In this document: positions 36,201 to 43,720 of the stretch, piece by piece
Layout of the letters: every line of letters starts with the position of its first letter
How positions within the stretch are numbered: position 1 is the stretch's first letter
NCBI GenBank assembly: GCA_034664105.1
Contig: JAXDIH010000205.1
Span: 1 to 62,431, forward strand
Direction of reading: 5' to 3'
Length of the DNA: 62,431 bases
Source: Thermoleophilaceae bacterium
GTDB lineage: Bacteria > Actinomycetota > Thermoleophilia > Solirubrobacterales > Thermoleophilaceae
Program-made: the position numbers and the translations under genes
The notes under the pieces: generated by a model
The model's database searches: none
Told to the model about the DNA's origin: nothing
Seen by the model: only the letters and a program-made list of their open reading frames with translations

Positions 36201-37054
36201 CCAGTCGCGCACACGGCCTGGAGCACGGGGACGTCGAGCGCGGCGATCGCCGAGGCGTCCCAGTCCTGCCAGGTCTCCCCGACGCCCTCGCCGTCATCGG
36301 CGCGCGCGTCCGCGGCTCCCGAGCCGCCGGTGGCGAGCATGGTCACCAGCAGCGCGTCCACGCGCCCCTGAAGCAGCGACAGCGCCGGCACGGAGCCATC
36401 CGGTCCGCGGCGCAGCGTGTAGCTCCACACGGCGAGCGGGTTCGCGCCGGCCGCTCGGATCGCCCGGCACAGCTCGTCAACGAAGGCGGTGTTGCCCGTG
36501 AGCCGGTGCGAGCGGTAGAAGCAGACGCCGATCGTCGGCAGCGCGGGATCGTGGCCCTCCACGGCGCGCTCGAGCTCCACGTCGCCCTCGCCGGGCAGGT
36601 ACACGCCCAGGTCCGCGACCTCGCGCGGCGGAGCAAACCCGTGGCCGTCGAGCAGGAACGTGTCGGCCAGGAAGCGCAGCAGCTGCTCGACGTTGTCGAT
36701 GTCGCCGTGGCGCAGGTACTCGCCGGCCTGCGCGACGGCGCCGGCCGGGGCCAGCGAGAGCTCGGTCATCTCGGCGTCGGGCTCCGCCTCCCCGCCCAGC
36801 GCCAGCAGGGCGACCCCGCGCTCGGCGCAGCGTGCCCGCAGGGCGTCGAAGCCGCCCGGCCAGCCGCGCCGCCCGCCGAGGATGCGGCACAGCACCACCC
36901 GCGCGCCGTCGAGGACGTCGTCGATCAGCGCGTCGTAGTCGACAGCCGTGGCCGGGTTGGCGCAGCGCACCTCGGGGAAGTCGTCGGGCAGCCGCTCCAC
37001 CGCTCCGGCGGTGGCCAGGATCTCGGTGTCGGCGGTGGTCACGAAGCGAAGCAA
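33293..37054 (-). CDS. cobN: Cobaltochelatase large subunit
   Basis: CobN/Mg-chelatase-H similarity runs through the whole 1253-aa protein. The start is set at TTG 37054, 7 nt after GGAGG. The track extension up to 37885 is Arg/Pro-rich read-through across cobQ. Confidence 0.9.
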   Translation of the reverse strand: MLRFVTTADTEILATAGAVERLPDDFPEVRCANPATAVDYDALIDDVLDGARVVLCRILGGRRGWPGGFDALRARCAERGVALLALGGEAEPDAEMTELSLAPAGAVAQAGEYLRHGDIDNVEQLLRFLADTFLLDGHGFAPPREVADLGVYLPGEGDVELERAVEGHDPALPTIGVCFYRSHRLTGNTAFVDELCRAIRAAGANPLAVWSYTLRRGPDGSVPALSLLQGRVDALLVTMLATGGSGAADARADDGEGVGETWQDWDASAIAALDVPVLQAVCATGSRAAWEESDSGLTPLDAATQVAIPEFDGRLLGGVISFKERDADGSPVGVAVPRYVPHPERCERVARLAVRSARLRALPAEQRRVAVLLTSFPTKHAKVGMAVGLDTPASALRLLDALHGDGMAVERPFEHGDELMHALIDAGGHDPEFLTDDQLALSPLRLPVADYLRWYAELPEELRTGIEERWGPPPGDRYVHGDDFVIAGLELGNVLIAIQPPRGYGEDPVGIYHDPKLPPTHHYLACYWWIHRTWAADAIVHLGKHGTLEWLPGKMLALSASCAPDAALGDVPLIYPFVVNDPGEGVQAKRRAHALIVDHLVPPMMRADTYDELAELETLLDEYARLEVLDPPKLPALAARIWTAIEAANLQADIGVEERPDDVGALVEHIDGYLCEVKDIQVKDGLHVLGQAPEGDQLRGLVSAVLRLGSGSVPGLRRAVGAAFGLDEPALVATPGVPAPPVPDELTVRFSGPAASSGDVVDRLEAAQMALLDALAAREWDPASAGTVCAEVLGHADEGVERALRFAASEVVPRIRGTAAELDNIVAALNGRHVPAGPSGSPTRGRVDVLPTGRNFYSVDPRALPSELSWEVGVRLADALLDRHRREAGELPRMVGMVAWGTSAMRTQGDDVAEILALLGVRPTWHPESGRVTGIEVIPLAELGRPRIDVTVRISGFFRDAFPHLVRLLDDAVTTVAGLDESPEDNYLAAHARADAERLAAELGEGAWRHATTRVFGSKPGTYGAGLLQLLDARDWRDDGDIAEVYEAWGGYAYGRGLDGAPARVAMRDCYGRIEVAVKNVDSREHDILDSDDYYQFHGGMVATVRALTGRDPAAYLGDSSDPSRVVARTLAEETRRVFRARVANPRWIASMIRHGYKGAAELSATVDYLFGYDATTGVAEDWMYEQVAERYLLDADVADFMGRSNPWAGRAIAERLLEAAERGLWSEPDEGTLAGIRDRFLALEGELEEART

Positions 37055-38559
37055 GAGCGGACCTCCGTCCGGACATCGGGCAGCCCCACGGGGGGACCCC
37101 CGTCGATCAACTCGGTAAGGCGGTCGGTGTCGAGATGGCCGGCGATCAGGTCGCCGAGCACGTCCAGCCGGGCTGCGCGCGCGTGCGCGAAGCTGACGTC
37201 GCCCGGCACGAAGCCGCGGCCGCGCTCGGCGGCCAGGCGCACCAGCAGCGCGCGCCTGAAGGCATCGTGCTCGAGCGCGCCGTGCCAGGAGGTGCCCAGC
37301 ACCGGCCCGAGCCGGCAGCCGTCCGGCTCGCCGTCGGCCTCGAGCAGGTCCTCGCCACCGTGGCGGGTCACGCGGCCGTGGCGGATCTCGTAGCCCGAGG
37401 CGCCGGTATCGAGCCAGGGGCAGCGCCCGGTGCGCCGGCGCAGCACCTTCTCGCGGCCGAACTCGGTGCTCACGGGCAGCAGGCCAAGGCCCGCGACGCT
37501 GCCGCGCCCGGACTCCACCTCGTCCACGATGCGCTCGCCGAGCAGCTGATAGCCGCCGCAGATCCCGAGCACGGGTCCGCCGGCCTCGACGCGGCGGGCG
37601 AGCGCGCGGTCGAGCCCCGCGTCGCGCAGGCGCTCGAGGTCCTCGACGGTCGCCTTGGTGCCGGGCAGCACCACGAGGTCGGCGCGCTCGACGTCGGCCA
37701 CGGAGCGCGTGAAGCGCACGCGCACGCCCGGCTCGGCGGCCAGCGCATCCAGGTCGGTGAAGTTGCTCATCCAGCGCAGGCGCACGACGGCCACGTCCAG
37801 CGTCGAGCCGAGGGCGGGCTGCTCCGGCCGCGGCGCCTCCAGCGCCAGCGAGTCCTCCACGTCCATCCAGAGGTCCTCGACCCACGGCAGCACGCCGAGC
37901 GTGGGCCGCGCGGTCAGCTCCTCCAGCCGCGCGACGCCCGGCTCGAGGATCGAAGCGTCGCCGCGGAACTTGTTGATCACGAAGCCGGCTACGTGGGCCT
38001 GGTCTTCCGGCTCGAGCAGGGCGAGCGTGCCGAACAGCGACGCGAGCACGCCGCCACGGTCGATGTCCGCGACCACGAGCACCGGCAGGCCGGCGGCTCG
38101 GGCCAAGCCCATGTTGGCGAGGTCGCCGTCACGCAGGTTGATCTCGGCGGGGCTGCCCGCGCCCTCGCAGATCACCACGTCGAAGCGGGAGCGCAGGTCG
38201 GCCAGCGCCTCGGCCACCACCGGCCGCAGCTCGTGCTTGAGCTCCTGGTACGAGCGCGCGTCCGCGTCGGCGTAGGGCCGGCCCATCACCACGACCTGGC
38301 TGTGGCGCTCCCCGGAGGGCTTGATCAGCACGGGGTTCATCGCGGCTTCGGGCTCGAGCCCGGCGGCCGCGGCCTGCACCGCCTGCGAGCGGCCGACCTC
38401 GCTGCCGTCCGGCGCCACCACGGAGTTGAGCGCCATGTTCTGGGCCTTGAAAGGCGCGACGCTCACCCCGGCGCGGTGCAGCCAGCGGCAGATGCCGGCC
38501 GTGACCACGGACTTGCCGGCATCCGAGTGAGTGCCGCATACGAGCAGCGCTCCCTTCAC
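37039..38559 (-). CDS. cobQ: Cobyric acid synthase
   Basis: Contains GTHSDAGKS and EGAGSPAEINL, followed by a GATase domain (ICGGYQLLG). The GTG at 38559 overlaps the cbiB stop. Confidence 0.9.
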   Translation of the reverse strand: MKGALLVCGTHSDAGKSVVTAGICRWLHRAGVSVAPFKAQNMALNSVVAPDGSEVGRSQAVQAAAAGLEPEAAMNPVLIKPSGERHSQVVVMGRPYADADARSYQELKHELRPVVAEALADLRSRFDVVICEGAGSPAEINLRDGDLANMGLARAAGLPVLVVADIDRGGVLASLFGTLALLEPEDQAHVAGFVINKFRGDASILEPGVARLEELTARPTLGVLPWVEDLWMDVEDSLALEAPRPEQPALGSTLDVAVVRLRWMSNFTDLDALAAEPGVRVRFTRSVADVERADLVVLPGTKATVEDLERLRDAGLDRALARRVEAGGPVLGICGGYQLLGERIVDEVESGRGSVAGLGLLPVSTEFGREKVLRRRTGRCPWLDTGASGYEIRHGRVTRHGGEDLLEADGEPDGCRLGPVLGTSWHGALEHDAFRRALLVRLAAERGRGFVPGDVSFAHARAARLDVLGDLIAGHLDTDRLTELIDGGPPVGLPDVRTEVRSCFAS

Positions 38560-39494
38560 GCGGGTGCCCTCCGCGTCCGGGCTCCGCGCAGCAGCGCGCA
38601 CGCGGCAGCGGCGCAGGCGCCGACCGCCAATGACAGCCGCGCGGCGCGGCGGACGTCCGCCGGGCGCGGCGGTCGCCCGTCCCCGAGCCGGGGCCGCAGC
38701 TCCACGCGACCGTCGTAGCTGAGCGGGCCGCCGAGGCTCACCCCGAGCGCGCCCGCGAACGCGGCTTCCATGCGGCCGGCGTTGGGGCTGGGATGCCCCG
38801 GACCGTCGCGCCGGGCAGCGCCCCAGGCGGCGCGCGGCGAGCCGGCCACGAGCGGTGCGGCCAGCGCGGCCAGCGCCGCTCCGCCACGGGCTCCGGGCCA
38901 GCTCATCACGTCGTCGAGGCGCGCCGCGGCCCAGCCGAATGCCTCGTAGCGCTCGCTGTGGTGGCCGACCATCGCGTCGAGCGTGTTGGCGGAGCGGTAG
39001 GCGACGACTCCGGCGGGCCCGGCCACCGCGCCCCACAGCAGCGCGCCCACCACGGCATCGGAGGTGTTCTCGGCCACCGACTCCACCACGGCGCGGCACA
39101 CCTGCTCCTCGTTCAGCGCGCTGGTGTCGCGCCCAACCAGCGCGGGCAGAGCCGCCCGCGCGCCGGCGAGGTCGCCGGTCTCCAGCAACCCGGCGATCCG
39201 GCGCGCCTCGGAGGTCAGCGACCGGCCACCGAGCGCGGCCCAGGTGACCGTGGCCAGCACCAGCCCGGAGCCGGCCCCGGCGCGCCGCGCGGCCCGGCCG
39301 GCCAGCTCGGCGCTCAGCGCCGCCACCGCCACCACGCCGAGGGCGAACAGCGCGCCGCGGTGACGCGACGGCGCGTAGACCAGCCGCTCCGCCCGCAGCG
39401 CGGCCTGGCCGAAGCCCGCGACGGGATGCCAGCGACGCGGGTCGCCGAGCGCGAGGTCTGCGGCGTAGCCGCCCAGCAGCGCCGTGCCGCTCAC
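38556..39494 (-). CDS. cbiB: Adenosylcobinamide-phosphate synthase
   Basis: Membrane protein containing LGDPRRWHPVAGFG, DAMVGH and HPSPNAGRMEAAFAGALG. Confidence 0.9.
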   Translation of the reverse strand: MSGTALLGGYAADLALGDPRRWHPVAGFGQAALRAERLVYAPSRHRGALFALGVVAVAALSAELAGRAARRAGAGSGLVLATVTWAALGGRSLTSEARRIAGLLETGDLAGARAALPALVGRDTSALNEEQVCRAVVESVAENTSDAVVGALLWGAVAGPAGVVAYRSANTLDAMVGHHSERYEAFGWAAARLDDVMSWPGARGGAALAALAAPLVAGSPRAAWGAARRDGPGHPSPNAGRMEAAFAGALGVSLGGPLSYDGRVELRPRLGDGRPPRPADVRRAARLSLAVGACAAAACALLRGARTRRAPA

Positions 39495-40063
39495 GCGTGC
39501 GCGTCCGCTTCGAGGAGGTGGTTCACCCGGGTGATCGTCCAGCGTCCGTCGTGGGCGTGCAGCTCGGTGATGGCCAGCGGCGTCACGTCGATGCGCCAGA
39601 AGCTCTCGATCGGGGCATCGAGTGCGTGCACGAGCGCGCCCTTCACGACGCCGGCGTGCGTCACCGCCACCGCGTTGCCGCTCCGCTGCGCCTGGTCGTC
39701 GAGCCAGCGGGCCACGCGCCCGGCGAAGTCGGTGAGGCTCTCGCCGCCGTGGGGGGCCGAGTCGGGATCGGTCATCCAGGCGCGCGCGGCGGAAGGCTCG
39801 ATGTCCGCCAGCGAGCGACCGGCCCACGCGCCGAAGTCGCACTCGGCCAGTGCCGGGTCGGGCGTCGCGTCGAGCCCCGCGGCCTGGGCGGTCTCGCGGC
39901 AGCGCAGCGCCGGGCTGGAGATCGCCTCGCAGTGCCGCGGCACGCTGGGCGCCAGGCGCGCGGCCTGCTCGCGGCCGCGCCGGTCGAGCGGCTCGTCGCG
40001 CGGAAAGGCCGATTGTCTCGTCGCGTCCGTGGGCGCGTGGCGCACGAGCAACAGCCGCCTCAT
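39491..40063 (-). CDS. cobC: Histidine-phosphatase-family protein, probable alpha-ribazole-5'-phosphate phosphatase
   Basis: Has the RHG-type start LLLVRHAPTD and a later VTHAGV. It is the first gene behind the second B12 riboswitch. Confidence 0.75.
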   Translation of the reverse strand: MRRLLLVRHAPTDATRQSAFPRDEPLDRRGREQAARLAPSVPRHCEAISSPALRCRETAQAAGLDATPDPALAECDFGAWAGRSLADIEPSAARAWMTDPDSAPHGGESLTDFAGRVARWLDDQAQRSGNAVAVTHAGVVKGALVHALDAPIESFWRIDVTPLAITELHAHDGRWTITRVNHLLEADAHA

Positions 40064-40069
40064 CCCCCG

Positions 40070-40245
40070 ACCGTCGCTGCCTTCATCTTCTACCTCCACG
40101 GGATCGAGCGTCCCGCACTCGGAAGGGTTTGCGGCGTGGCGAGTTCCTGACTCCCGGCCCGCTGGGGTACCGGTCACAGTGGCGCGACCGTCCCGGACTT
40201 GCACCGGGTTCCTCGCACCGCCGCACTGACCGGTCGGATGCTACA
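40070..40245 (-). promoter_or_regulatory. Cobalamin riboswitch (minus strand) leading the cobC-to-cobK operon
   Basis: The reverse complement reads GGTGCGAGGAACCCGGTGCAAGTCCGGGACGGTCGCGCCACTGTGACCGG...GGGAGTCAGGAACTCGCC. The core is nearly identical to the riboswitch at 19250-19440. Confidence 0.85.
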
Positions 40246-40266
40246 CCGGGGCTAGTGTTCTCGGGT

Positions 40267-42042
40267 GTGACGGCTCCGGATCGCCTGACGCGCCCGCCCA
40301 CGCCTCCGGGCTTCGACTCCTCGCGAGCCGCCGAGCGGGCCGCGGATCCGGACGGCTGGCGTTACCCGGAGGGCCAGCGCGAGGCCGTCTACCGGGTGAT
40401 CGCCGAGCGCCGCGACATCCGCAAGTTCCGCCCCGACCCGGTCCCCGAGGACCTGCTGAGGCGCGTGTTCGAGGCGGCCCACCGCGCGCCGTCGGTGGGC
40501 CTGATGCAGCCCTGGCGCCTGATCGTGGTCCGCGATCCGGCCACTCGGGTGGCCGTGCATCAGCTCGCTCAGCGCGAACGCATCCGCCAGGCCGACCGTT
40601 TCGACGAGCGCACGCGCCAGTTCCTCGACCAGAAGATCGAGGGCGTCGTGGAGGCGCCGCTCGGTGTCTGCGTGTGCTGCGACCACGGCGACCCCGCGGC
40701 CGAGGTGCTGGGCCGCGGCACGATCCCGGAGACCGACGTGTACAGCACCGCCTGCGCGGTCGAGAACCTGTGGCTGGCCGCCCGCGCTGAGGGCCTGGGG
40801 GTGGGCTGGGTGAGCTTCTACCGGCCGGACGACCTGCGCGCCCTGCTCGGCATTCCCGCCCGGGTCGACCCGATCGCCTACCTCTGCGTCGGCTGGCCGG
40901 ACGAGCGGCCGGTGCGGCCGGGGCTCGAGGCCGCCGGCTGGTCCGAGCGCGCTCCCCTCGACGCCGTGGTGATGGAAGAGCGCTGGCGCGGGGAGGAGGC
41001 GCCTTCCAACGGCCGCTCCACCGCTCCCGTAGCAGTGCCCGACCGTGCCGCCGCCACCGCCGCGCGCGACCGGCTCGATCGGCTGGTCAAGCCGGCCGGC
41101 AGCCTGGGCGCGATCGAGGCGCTGATCGAGCGCTGGGCGGCGATCGCGGGGGGTCCGCCGCCCGCGCGCCTGCGCGCCGGCGTGCTCGTCTGTGCGGCCG
41201 ACCACGGGCACGTGCGCCATGGAACGAGCCTGTTCGACTCGGCCGTGTCCGCCCAGGTGACCGCAGCCGCGGCGCGGGCCGAGACCGCGGTCGGCGTCCT
41301 GGCGCGCCAGGGCGGGCACGAGCTGCTGGTGGCCGACGTCGGGCTGGAGGGCCCCACGCCCGCCGGCGTGCGCGACGCCAAGGTCGCGCCCGGGTCGGCC
41401 GACATGACCGAGGGCCCGGCGTTGACGCCGCACCAGCTCGATGCGGCCCTTGCCGCCGGTGCGAACCTCGCGGGGGAGCTCGCGGACCGCGGGGTCGACT
41501 GCCTGGTGCTGGGCGAGATCGGCATCGGCAACACCGCCACGACGTCCGCGCTCGCCTGCGCGCTGACCGGGGCGACGCCGGCCGAGACGGTCGGCCGCGG
41601 CACCGGCCTGGACACGGCCGGGCTCGAGCGCAAGCGGGCGCTCGTGGCCCGCGCGCTGGAGCGCAACGGTGCGCCGGCGGGGGGGCGCGAGGCGCTGCTG
41701 GCGGTCGGGGGCCTGGAACTCGCGGCGCTCGCCGGAGCCACCGCCGAGGCCGCGCGCCGCCGCCTGCCGGTGCTGCTCGACGGGTACGCCGTGACGGTGG
41801 CCGCGCTGGCGGCGGTCCGCCTCGATCGGGGCGTGGGGGAGGTGCTGATCGCGGGACACCGCTCGGCCGAGCCCGGCCACGGGCGCGTGCTGGAGGAGCT
41901 CGGGCTGGAGCCGCTGCTCGACCTGCGCCTGCGCCTCGGCGAGGCATCCGGGGCGTTGATCGCGCTGCCGATCGTGGAGGCCGCCGGGGCGCTCCACGCC
42001 TCCATGGCCACCTTCGAGGAGGCGGGGATTGACCGTCGATGA
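40267..42042 (+). CDS. bluB-cobT: Fusion of 5,6-dimethylbenzimidazole synthase (BluB) with nicotinate-nucleotide:DMB phosphoribosyltransferase (CobT)
   Basis: The N-terminal half is nitroreductase-like (AVYRVIAERRDIRKF, PSVGLMQPWR). The C-terminal half is CobT-like (LVKPAGSLGAIEAL, GEIGIGNTA, LRLGEASGA). The start is uncertain, at GTG 40255 or GTG 40267. Confidence 0.85.
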   Translation: MTAPDRLTRPPTPPGFDSSRAAERAADPDGWRYPEGQREAVYRVIAERRDIRKFRPDPVPEDLLRRVFEAAHRAPSVGLMQPWRLIVVRDPATRVAVHQLAQRERIRQADRFDERTRQFLDQKIEGVVEAPLGVCVCCDHGDPAAEVLGRGTIPETDVYSTACAVENLWLAARAEGLGVGWVSFYRPDDLRALLGIPARVDPIAYLCVGWPDERPVRPGLEAAGWSERAPLDAVVMEERWRGEEAPSNGRSTAPVAVPDRAAATAARDRLDRLVKPAGSLGAIEALIERWAAIAGGPPPARLRAGVLVCAADHGHVRHGTSLFDSAVSAQVTAAAARAETAVGVLARQGGHELLVADVGLEGPTPAGVRDAKVAPGSADMTEGPALTPHQLDAALAAGANLAGELADRGVDCLVLGEIGIGNTATTSALACALTGATPAETVGRGTGLDTAGLERKRALVARALERNGAPAGGREALLAVGGLELAALAGATAEAARRRLPVLLDGYAVTVAALAAVRLDRGVGEVLIAGHRSAEPGHGRVLEELGLEPLLDLRLRLGEASGALIALPIVEAAGALHASMATFEEAGIDRR

Positions 42043-42799
42043 GCTCGCGCCGGCGCGCGGGCTGCGCCGCGCGGGCGCCCAGCTCGCGCTGGCGGTCTCG
42101 TTCCTGACAGTCGTCCCCGTGCGCGCCCGGAGCGCCGCCGACATCGGCGCCGCCGCGGCGTGGTTTCCCGCCGTGGGAGCCGCTATCGGCGCGCTGGCCG
42201 GAGGGGTGCGGGTGGGCGCCGAGCCGGTCCTCGGGGCGACCGCGGCAACCGTGCTTGCCATGGCCACGCTCGTGCTGGCCACGGGGGCGCTTCACCAGGA
42301 CGGGCTGGCCGATACGGCCGACGGACTCGGCGTGCGCGGCGACCGTGAGCGCCGGCTGGCCGTCATGCGCGACTCGGCCACCGGCGCGTTCGGGGTGCTC
42401 GCCCTGGTCGGCTGGGCCCTGCTGCTGCTCGCGGCGGTCGCGCCGCTGAGCCAGCGCGAGGGCCTGGCCGCGCTCGTGACCGCCGGCGCGCTATCGCGCT
42501 GGGCTGCGCTGCTGCACGCCGCCGGCACGCCTCCGGCGCGCCCCGAGGGGCTGGGCGCCGGCTTCCACGTGGGCCGCACCGGGCTGGTGGTAGCGAGCGT
42601 GTGCGCGGTGGTCGCGGCCGGGATCGCCGCCGGGGCCTTGCCAGGGCTCGTGGCGCTCGCCGTCACCGCGGCCATCGCCCTGCTGTCCGGCGTGGCGGCG
42701 CGCCACGCCATCGGGGGGCGCACGGGCGACACGATCGGCGCCACGGTCGCGCTCGTAGAGGTAGCGGTCTGCACCACGCTGCTCGGCTTCTGGCGATGA
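42029..42799 (+). CDS. cobS: Adenosylcobinamide-GDP ribazoletransferase (cobalamin synthase)
   Basis: Membrane protein containing FLTVVPV and LHQDGLADTADGL. Confidence 0.9.
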   Translation: MTVDELAPARGLRRAGAQLALAVSFLTVVPVRARSAADIGAAAAWFPAVGAAIGALAGGVRVGAEPVLGATAATVLAMATLVLATGALHQDGLADTADGLGVRGDRERRLAVMRDSATGAFGVLALVGWALLLLAAVAPLSQREGLAALVTAGALSRWAALLHAAGTPPARPEGLGAGFHVGRTGLVVASVCAVVAAGIAAGALPGLVALAVTAAIALLSGVAARHAIGGRTGDTIGATVALVEVAVCTTLLGFWR

Positions 42800-43560
42800 G
42801 GCGGCTGTCCGTCATCGGGATCGGCGCCGGCGACCCCGACCACGTGACGGTGCAGGCGATCAAGGCGCTCAACGAGGTCGACGTGTTCTTCGTGATCGAC
42901 AAGCCCGGCGAGCGCCATGACCTCGTCGACCTGCGCAGGCAGATCCTCGAGCGCTTCGTCGAGGACCCGTCCTACCGGGTCGTGGACGTCCAAGACCCCG
43001 AGCGCGACCGCACCACGCCCGCCTATCGCGAGGCGGTCGAGGACTGGCGCCGCCGCCGCGCGGACGTGTGGGAGCAGGCGCTCCGCGACGAGCTCGAGGA
43101 GGGGCAGCGCGGCGCGTTCCTGGTTTGGGGCGATCCGGCGCTCTACGACAGCACGCTTGCGGTGATCGACCAGATCGTGGGCCGCGGTGCGCTGGAGCTC
43201 GACTACGAGGTGATCCCCGGCATCAGCAGCGTGCAGGCCCTGGCGGCCAGGCACGGGGTGCCGCTCAACCGGGTCGGTGGAGCGGTGCACGTGACCACCG
43301 GGCGCCGCCTGGCAGAGGGCTTCCCGGAGGGCAGCGACGACGTCGTGGTGATGCTGGACGCCGACTGCACGTTCAAGACCGTGGCGCCGGACGACGTCGA
43401 GATCTACTGGGGCGCCTACATCGGGACCGCGGACGAGATCCTCGTGGCGGGCCCGCTCAGCGAGGTCAGCGAAGAGATCCAACGGGTCCGCGCCGAGGCC
43501 AGGGAGAGGAAGGGTTGGATCATGGACACCTACCTCCTCAGAAGGTCGCGCGGGACCTGA
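42796..43560 (+). CDS. cobF: Precorrin-6A synthase (deacetylating)
   Basis: Starts MRRLSVIGIGAGDPDHVTVQA and contains LVWGDPALYDS. Shares an ATGA overlap with cobS. Confidence 0.85.
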   Translation: MRRLSVIGIGAGDPDHVTVQAIKALNEVDVFFVIDKPGERHDLVDLRRQILERFVEDPSYRVVDVQDPERDRTTPAYREAVEDWRRRRADVWEQALRDELEEGQRGAFLVWGDPALYDSTLAVIDQIVGRGALELDYEVIPGISSVQALAARHGVPLNRVGGAVHVTTGRRLAEGFPEGSDDVVVMLDADCTFKTVAPDDVEIYWGAYIGTADEILVAGPLSEVSEEIQRVRAEARERKGWIMDTYLLRRSRGT

Positions 43561-43720
43561 CCGAGCGCACCTCGCGCAGCATTCTCACAATTTGGCGACT
43601 TTCTCCACGCCGGAAGGTTGTGCCTTCACCGGCCCGGGGTAAGGAAAAGTGACGTTTATGGAAACCCACGGCGCAGCGGCTCGGAACCAGGGTCGGGCGT
43701 CGGGAGACAGAAGGCAGTTA

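Noticed and set aside
43561-43720. An N-terminal extension of the epimerase (track start 43649 or ATG 43658), and the antisense ORF 43585..43902.
   Set aside because: This stretch has locally lower GC and uses rare codons (aga, tta, ata). The antisense ORF is low-complexity. It is more likely a promoter or leader region, although the true epimerase start remains uncertain.
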